DNA from: Sedimentisphaerales bacterium
GTDB taxonomy: Bacteria; Planctomycetota; Phycisphaerae; Sedimentisphaerales; SM23-30
DNA: 64,000 nucleotides
Assembly (NCBI GenBank): GCA_963666285.1
Contig: OY762711.1
Direction: 5' to 3' (one strand)
A model generated the notes under the pieces. That model was not told the origin of the DNA. It searched no databases and worked only from the letters and a program-made list of their open reading frames with translations. A program made the position numbers and the translations under genes. This document shows, piece by piece, positions 58,189 through 64,000 of this stretch (positions within the stretch are counted from its first letter, which is position 1; each line of letters starts with the position of its first letter).

Positions 58189-60444
58189 TTACTCTAATGT
58201 GCCGCAGGAAATTTGTAGAGGATCAAGGGTGAATTCAATATTTGCATTGATATAACCCAGAGTAGTCTCATCCTTAAAAGTCAGTTTTTTCCCTTTATTG
58301 TTTTTCCAGACGCATGTTATAGGGGAGCGAGTGGTGTTAACAGCGGAAGCGATTATTTTGCCTTCTACCTTTGTGTATCTATAGAATATGCCTTTAACTG
58401 GTTTATTAGTTTCTGAATCGATCAGTTGATATTCGCCATAGGTTCCAATTGATTTAAGAGCAGTTTTTATTTTATCTGGAAAAATGTTGCTTTCGTATTG
58501 GTCCAGATTTAGGGCGGTTACTGCGGTGTCGTTAAATATATTGTGTTTCCTTGACTGAGCGTATTCATTAAACTTAGCAACATCATTGCCAATCAGGATA
58601 GCAGCGGCAGTATTTGAATGGAATCCCATTTTAAGGAAATAGTCAATTCCGTCTAATGCTTTATCGGTTACGTGGGTCGTACCTGGTAAAATAATAACTT
58701 TTACAGAAGGGAGTTTTCTTGAGAATTCGTCAGTTTCCAACATTTGTTCAGGGATAATTGCATAGTTAATGCCAAGTTCGTTAAAAGCTGCTACACAACT
58801 GGTGAATGCCGCCATTGAGTCCTGGTTTCTCAATAATGAGGCTCTTGAGTATAGTATGCCTACTTCCGGCTTAGCTTCAGCCAATGAAGCAATATAGGGC
58901 ATAAGTCTCATAGCGTCAAGACCTGTTCGTACGTATTCTTCAGTTTGAAGAGGGCGATATTTGAATAATCCTTTGAAAATGTTATTATCGACATTGTCCC
59001 TTCTTTCCCAGGACCATGCCGTAGAACCATGTTGTCCTGTTAATAATTGCAGCCACATGCCGGCTCTAACATGCCCCGGAAGGACATCGTTATTGTCTCT
59101 ATCTCTCAAAAGATGATTTTCTGTGTTGACGACAGGCAGCATTCTAGCTGACCTGAGCATAATATTATGTAATGTGACTTGAGTGGCATCAATGGCGTAA
59201 TTTGATTCTGAATTAACTTTTGCAGGTGATGCACCACCGTCCATGCCATTCATGTCAAAATACTGGCTAAGATAGTAATGGTCGATTCCCTGTATGAGAT
59301 CAAATTGCTTTAGTGATCTGTCAATAGCCTTCATGTGAGTAGGCTTTTCCTGGATGCCATTTTCTTTTAGAGCCAGTTTGGTAGTATCGCTTAATCCGAC
59401 CAGCCATTTAGAGAAAGTCTGGTCGTTAAATCTCATCCAGTCGAAAAGTACGGGCTCCTGAGGAAATGGAGTCCTGGGCGGCTGGAGATATGCAGGTACT
59501 TCAGACCAGTCAGCAAAAGTTGTGTTCCATTTTATATTGGCATTTTCGATAGTCTTAAATTTGTCTTTGAGATAATTTTCCCAGAGGCTACGAATTTCCG
59601 GTACTTGTGTCCAGATGAATGCTACTGGTTCATTAGCCATACACAAAGACCACAAACCAGGTTCATCTCCCATTTTTTCGACTATTGTGTTAATATGCCT
59701 GCTTAAAATATTATTCACTGTATTATTAAAGATGTTGACTCTTAAAAAACCTCCCAGGTGTGGATATAGTTTAGGGTATTTGCTTTTGGCCCAGTCTGGT
59801 GTGTAATGAGGAGAGATTAACAGATCAACCAGTACTCCGGATTTGTATGCTTTGGCCAAAAATGTTTTGTATTCATTGATGCGAGGTGTGTCAATTTCTG
59901 TTTCACTTTTGAGTGTACCTCTTGGACCTATTTCAGTTTGGGCAAAATTGGTTCCCAGTTTGCCGAGCCATTCTATTTCTTTTCGTAATTCATGGAAATG
60001 GCCAAAGCCAAAAAGATATACAGGTCTATCTTTTTCAACGGTTCCATCGCTCCAGATTACGTCCTGCTGAAAATGGCCGCCATTAATAACAGGGAGACAT
60101 TCCTTAATTCTATTTACAGTCTTTTGGTTTGATATATCGCCATTGATAATTAGGTTGAGTCGCTTTCTTTCATCATCAATGATTTTTCTGATATCTCTCT
60201 GGGAATATGAACCCAGGTCTGGATATTGTTTTATATCATTTGGTAGATATTGCAGAAATCTTTCTATAACCATTAATCTCATACTGCAGTATTGGTCTTT
60301 TTTGTTAATAGCTTCAGCTTTTGCTGCTAGTTGCTTTAAGCTTTCAAACTCACTTGCGAGTTTGGTTATACTATCTTCAGCAGCAATAACTGAGGTGGCT
60401 AAAAGCCATATAAGCATAGATGATATATACTTTGTAAGTTTCAT
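58189..60444 (-). CDS. Secreted GH42-like (beta-galactosidase-like) glycoside hydrolase
   Basis: Signal peptide; PHYTPDW; ANEP acid/base; N-xx-W-x-T; DWMRF; NTENH nucleophile region; trimerisation-like domain. Confidence 0.78.
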   Translation of the reverse strand: MKLTKYISSMLIWLLATSVIAAEDSITKLASEFESLKQLAAKAEAINKKDQYCSMRLMVIERFLQYLPNDIKQYPDLGSYSQRDIRKIIDDERKRLNLIINGDISNQKTVNRIKECLPVINGGHFQQDVIWSDGTVEKDRPVYLFGFGHFHELRKEIEWLGKLGTNFAQTEIGPRGTLKSETEIDTPRINEYKTFLAKAYKSGVLVDLLISPHYTPDWAKSKYPKLYPHLGGFLRVNIFNNTVNNILSRHINTIVEKMGDEPGLWSLCMANEPVAFIWTQVPEIRSLWENYLKDKFKTIENANIKWNTTFADWSEVPAYLQPPRTPFPQEPVLFDWMRFNDQTFSKWLVGLSDTTKLALKENGIQEKPTHMKAIDRSLKQFDLIQGIDHYYLSQYFDMNGMDGGASPAKVNSESNYAIDATQVTLHNIMLRSARMLPVVNTENHLLRDRDNNDVLPGHVRAGMWLQLLTGQHGSTAWSWERRDNVDNNIFKGLFKYRPLQTEEYVRTGLDAMRLMPYIASLAEAKPEVGILYSRASLLRNQDSMAAFTSCVAAFNELGINYAIIPEQMLETDEFSRKLPSVKVIILPGTTHVTDKALDGIDYFLKMGFHSNTAAAILIGNDVAKFNEYAQSRKHNIFNDTAVTALNLDQYESNIFPDKIKTALKSIGTYGEYQLIDSETNKPVKGIFYRYTKVEGKIIASAVNTTRSPITCVWKNNKGKKLTFKDETTLGYINANIEFTLDPLQISCGTLE

Positions 60445-60497
60445 AGGTACTCCTGTCACATTTAGTAAATTTTATTATATTCCTCAATGATTTCTAA

Positions 60498-63400
60498 TTA
60501 TCGGCATAGCCAGTAAGTGCTTAATATTCCAACGTCCTTGATGTCAATTATCTGGTCGTTATTGAAATCACCATTTTCCCATTCAGCATTATTGCTCAGC
60601 CAGTTTATGCTTAGGGTTGTTAGGTCTTCGTTGTTTATGCAGCCATCCATATTTGCATCACCTGGATCAACAAGATAGCCAAATGCAACTTCTAGAGGCT
60701 CAAGTTTTAGTAATGTGCTTGTTTCTTTAGGGTAGATGTTTAGGGTGTCAACAAAAACCTTTCTTTTTCCTTCATTGTCTTGTATGAAAAATGATTTTTG
60801 AGAATCAGATGTGTTTATTAATGTTACCAGATGTCTGGAATCTACTTTTCTGTTTGCATGGTGAATGTCAAAGGTGATTTCGTTACTTGCAGAATCTAAA
60901 AGCACTATGTCGGGGCCGCTTCCAATAGATAACATGGTTTGGTAAAGGCTGTTTTGTAAGGCAATTAAATCTGTATTTGCAAGGTTATAATAATCATTAT
61001 TATTAAATATGGTTGATCGTGTCTGGCAAAATTGATTGTAATATCCGATATTGCTGCCTATCCCAATCAGTTTAATAGAATTGCTGTTAGCAAAACTTAT
61101 CAGGCTGTTAAAAGTGTTGTCAGGGATATGGGTACAGCCGGGTAAGATCATGGTTTCAATATTTTTAATAATATTATATTCATTGTTGGCGAGTACCTGT
61201 TCTGTGATAACTGCAAGTGAGAATCCCAGTTCTTTTAACACGTCGTATGTGTTGAAAAGGATAGTGTCATAGTCTGGATTTCTTAATGCGGAAGTTTTTG
61301 AGTATAACAAGACAACTTTTTTGTTTTTTTCTCTTATTTGCACAAGTTCAGGCATAAGACGCATGAGATCCATGCCGGTTCTGGAGTATTCTTCCATCGC
61401 AAGGGGACGGTCGAGCCACATGCCGGTTTGGAAAGAGCTGTCAGTGTTATTGCCCCAGAGCCAGGCCGCCGAAGCGTCCAGGCCGGCAAGGGCCTGCAGC
61501 CAAAGGGCGGCTCTGGCATGGCCTGCAGCAACATCTTCATTGTTATTGTCACGAAGTATGTGGTTTTCTGAATTTATTACCGGCTTAGCAGTTATTGTTT
61601 TTTGAGTTACGACTGGTAATGTAGCACAGGCAGCAGAACCGAAAAGTGATATATCTTCGGTATTAACAGTATCCCATGGGGCAATACTACCATCCTGGCC
61701 GGCAATATCGGTTGTCCTGGGCATTAAGTCAATGTCACTTCCTTGTAAAACATGTTCCTGGGTATAATATCTGATAATCTGTTTGGTGTGGGTATAAATT
61801 GAATTATCGGCAGCTTTTACATGCCCTTGGAGCCAGTCTAGCCAGTTATTTACTCTATAATCATTGAATTTCATCCAGTCGTAAAGTTCCGGATCATCGG
61901 GGAAAGGAATTGAAGGTTGATGTTTGTACATTTTAACTGAATTCCAGTTTGAGTATGATGTTAACCATGCAGAATTCATTGCAGAAATAGTACCATATGT
62001 ATTTTTAAGATAATCAACCCACATGTCAGGGGTGGCATCATCGTCCCAGAACATAAATGCAGGTTCGTTGATCAGGCAGCAGGACCATATGCCTGGTTGT
62101 TCAGTTAATGCCTGTATAGTAAGTTGTGAAGTGTATCCAACTATTTTCTGAACTTCCGGGTGATTAAATTCATAATTGATAAATCCACCTAAAAGTGCGT
62201 AGTAATCAGGATATTTATCGATAAACCATGACTGAATCCAGTGTGGGCAAATATTTAGATCAGTGATAATTCCGGTATTATAGGCCTCGTTTATAGTGGA
62301 CATGTAATATGATATTACCCCAGAATCTAGAGAGCTTTCAAGTGGTGCTTCCGCGTTCCACATACTCTCATCTGGCATTGTATATCGTGGTCCGGTAAAT
62401 AAATGGATTAAGTTGGCTCCTAAGGCTTCACTTATAAATGACAAATCAGGCTGGATATCCTGTTGTTCTCCGCAGAAACCGTATAGGAATACAGGTCTGG
62501 TTTCTATAGTTCCGTTTGCCCATTGAACTTTTTGTTCCAGGTGAGAACCAATCATTTGCGGCATTTCGGTAGCGACACGTCGAGGTGAGTTTGTGCAGGC
62601 AATTTCATCTCTGGTGATAGCTTCCAGTCGTAAAATCTCATCGTCGATAATTTTATCCAGATATCTTGTTGCAAAAGCAGCTAATTCAGTTTTGCCATCT
62701 GATATCATTCTGCTTATAAGTGTTTGGAATTTTTGCGTTAGGCTGTTACGCATTATAGCGTAGGTATCTTGTTTTCCATATAAACTTGCTCTTGTATTAA
62801 GGTCATTCAGGAATCGACATTTGCGAGCCAGAGTTATATCTTTTTTCGGAATGTTTAGAAACATATCAGATGTAAGTGCTATTGAGGATATTTTAAGATT
62901 ATCTATGTCGCCAATGAAGTCACGCTCAGATTGCCATCCCGGTCCCTGGCCAATTACAAGGTCGTTTGCATGGTCTGTGTTGTCGTTATAATCGGATATA
63001 GCTCCTTGCCATTGTTTGTCTATATATAAGTCATATGTGTCGCTGTTGGCAGTGTGGGTGACGGCAACATGGTACCAATATCCATCGCTAATGTCTATAT
63101 TTGAAGTTATCTGTCGATTGGCAAGGGCGAAAGTAAGTTGACCGGTATAGTAATTCCAGTAAAACCCCCATCCTTTATTTGAACTATCAGCAGTTCCTTT
63201 GTGCATTATCCAGTTTAGTGGGCTTGAAGCGTAATTTTCATTATCGACTCTGATATAATATTCCAGAGTAAAATCTTCTCCATAGTCTAATGTGATGATA
63301 TCGGATTGTGGAATTGTTATGTAGTCGTCATCATCATCGGTAAATTGGATGTGCAGGTCGTTGCTGCTATCAGAACTGTATAGAGGGCCGTTATTGCTTA

Positions 63401-64000
63401 AATTAGCAGTGCCGGCAGTTATTTCGTTATTGTAGTTGCTTATTATCCACCCTACGTTGGATGGAACTGAGCCTGAGGTGCCAAAACCGTCAATGCCCTC
63501 ATTGAATTGCCAAAATGCAACAGTATTGGCGCCGAGAAATTCGTTTGCTTGAAGGGCAGTGTCAGATATTCTTATGTCATCAATACATCCAACAAAACAT
63601 CTTTGATTCGTCCAGCCATAACCGGCTCCAATTGTGAGAGGTTCATTTTTAACCGATCCTGAAGAATATTCAATAGAGGCTTCAGCAATATAATCAACAA
63701 ATAATGTATAGGTATTGGCATCAGCATCACGAACTATCGCAACATGATGCCATTCATTGTCCTCAAATGTGGTAGTACTTGAAATTGCCTGATCACGAAT
63801 TGAAAATTTGATTGTTTTTGAATCTCTATCGAAAGTGATATCCCACCCGCCCCAGGCGAGGAAAGATTTGCTGAAAACATATTCTGTTGAGCTGGAATCC
63901 CACCCGTCACCATTGCGGCATATAAAAAACTCCATCGTCTTTGGTTGTTCACCATACCATTGGAAGCTGTCGCTATTAAAAGTTGGCTGAACAGCATTCG
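60498..64000 (-). CDS. LamG + GH42-like hydrolase + dockerin-like protein (5' end outside window)
   Basis: Frame stays open to the window end; LamG WHHVAIVRD/WYHVAVT; INEP, DWMKF, NSENH; GDANMDGCINNEDL and GDFNNDQIIDIKDV. Confidence 0.8.
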   Translation of the reverse strand, partial: NAVQPTFNSDSFQWYGEQPKTMEFFICRNGDGWDSSSTEYVFSKSFLAWGGWDITFDRDSKTIKFSIRDQAISSTTTFEDNEWHHVAIVRDADANTYTLFVDYIAEASIEYSSGSVKNEPLTIGAGYGWTNQRCFVGCIDDIRISDTALQANEFLGANTVAFWQFNEGIDGFGTSGSVPSNVGWIISNYNNEITAGTANLSNNGPLYSSDSSNDLHIQFTDDDDDYITIPQSDIITLDYGEDFTLEYYIRVDNENYASSPLNWIMHKGTADSSNKGWGFYWNYYTGQLTFALANRQITSNIDISDGYWYHVAVTHTANSDTYDLYIDKQWQGAISDYNDNTDHANDLVIGQGPGWQSERDFIGDIDNLKISSIALTSDMFLNIPKKDITLARKCRFLNDLNTRASLYGKQDTYAIMRNSLTQKFQTLISRMISDGKTELAAFATRYLDKIIDDEILRLEAITRDEIACTNSPRRVATEMPQMIGSHLEQKVQWANGTIETRPVFLYGFCGEQQDIQPDLSFISEALGANLIHLFTGPRYTMPDESMWNAEAPLESSLDSGVISYYMSTINEAYNTGIITDLNICPHWIQSWFIDKYPDYYALLGGFINYEFNHPEVQKIVGYTSQLTIQALTEQPGIWSCCLINEPAFMFWDDDATPDMWVDYLKNTYGTISAMNSAWLTSYSNWNSVKMYKHQPSIPFPDDPELYDWMKFNDYRVNNWLDWLQGHVKAADNSIYTHTKQIIRYYTQEHVLQGSDIDLMPRTTDIAGQDGSIAPWDTVNTEDISLFGSAACATLPVVTQKTITAKPVINSENHILRDNNNEDVAAGHARAALWLQALAGLDASAAWLWGNNTDSSFQTGMWLDRPLAMEEYSRTGMDLMRLMPELVQIREKNKKVVLLYSKTSALRNPDYDTILFNTYDVLKELGFSLAVITEQVLANNEYNIIKNIETMILPGCTHIPDNTFNSLISFANSNSIKLIGIGSNIGYYNQFCQTRSTIFNNNDYYNLANTDLIALQNSLYQTMLSIGSGPDIVLLDSASNEITFDIHHANRKVDSRHLVTLINTSDSQKSFFIQDNEGKRKVFVDTLNIYPKETSTLLKLEPLEVAFGYLVDPGDANMDGCINNEDLTTLSINWLSNNAEWENGDFNNDQIIDIKDVGILSTYWLCR

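Noticed and set aside
1339..63990. Numerous 60-170 aa ORFs antisense to or nested in long genes
   Set aside because: Explained as shadow frames of well-supported CDSs.

Overview
AT-rich bacterial chromosome segment. The gene content (dockerin-like C-terminal tags, LamG and GLUG secreted proteins, N-methyl prepilin proteins with H-x9-D-G-H-like ends, many glycoside hydrolases) suggests a planctomycete, probably Phycisphaerae; this is inferred, not searched. 1-20.4 kb holds a two-component pair, a BNR-4/GH105 fusion, an intact IS30, a large secreted protein, araB-araD, an ORF-less group II intron, nox, a MarR unit and a pabB-pabC fusion. From tRNA-Arg(CCG) at 20.6 kb to a tRNA-Ser 3' fragment at 56.7 kb lies an island-like region: a 1740-aa GLUG protein, IS66/IS630/rve remnants, AAA-DUF4143, SNF2-SWIM, SWIM and an AbiE pair whose toxin has one nonsense codon. 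Nested within it is an ~18 kb keto-deoxy-sugar-acid (sialic acid/Kdn/Kdo-like) utilisation locus with a Kelch-SSS fusion transporter, two GH33, two GH172, GH127, NanA, a pilin-like protein and a LamG protein. 57-64 kb is a second pilin plus GH42-like module. Non-coding highlights: a three-copy ~200 bp dispersed element, a purine-rich repeat that abuts the intron's 3' end and recurs intron-free, an open reading frame running through the tRNA-Ser att fragment, several clear operator palindromes, and a strand-composition switch near 10-13 kb.
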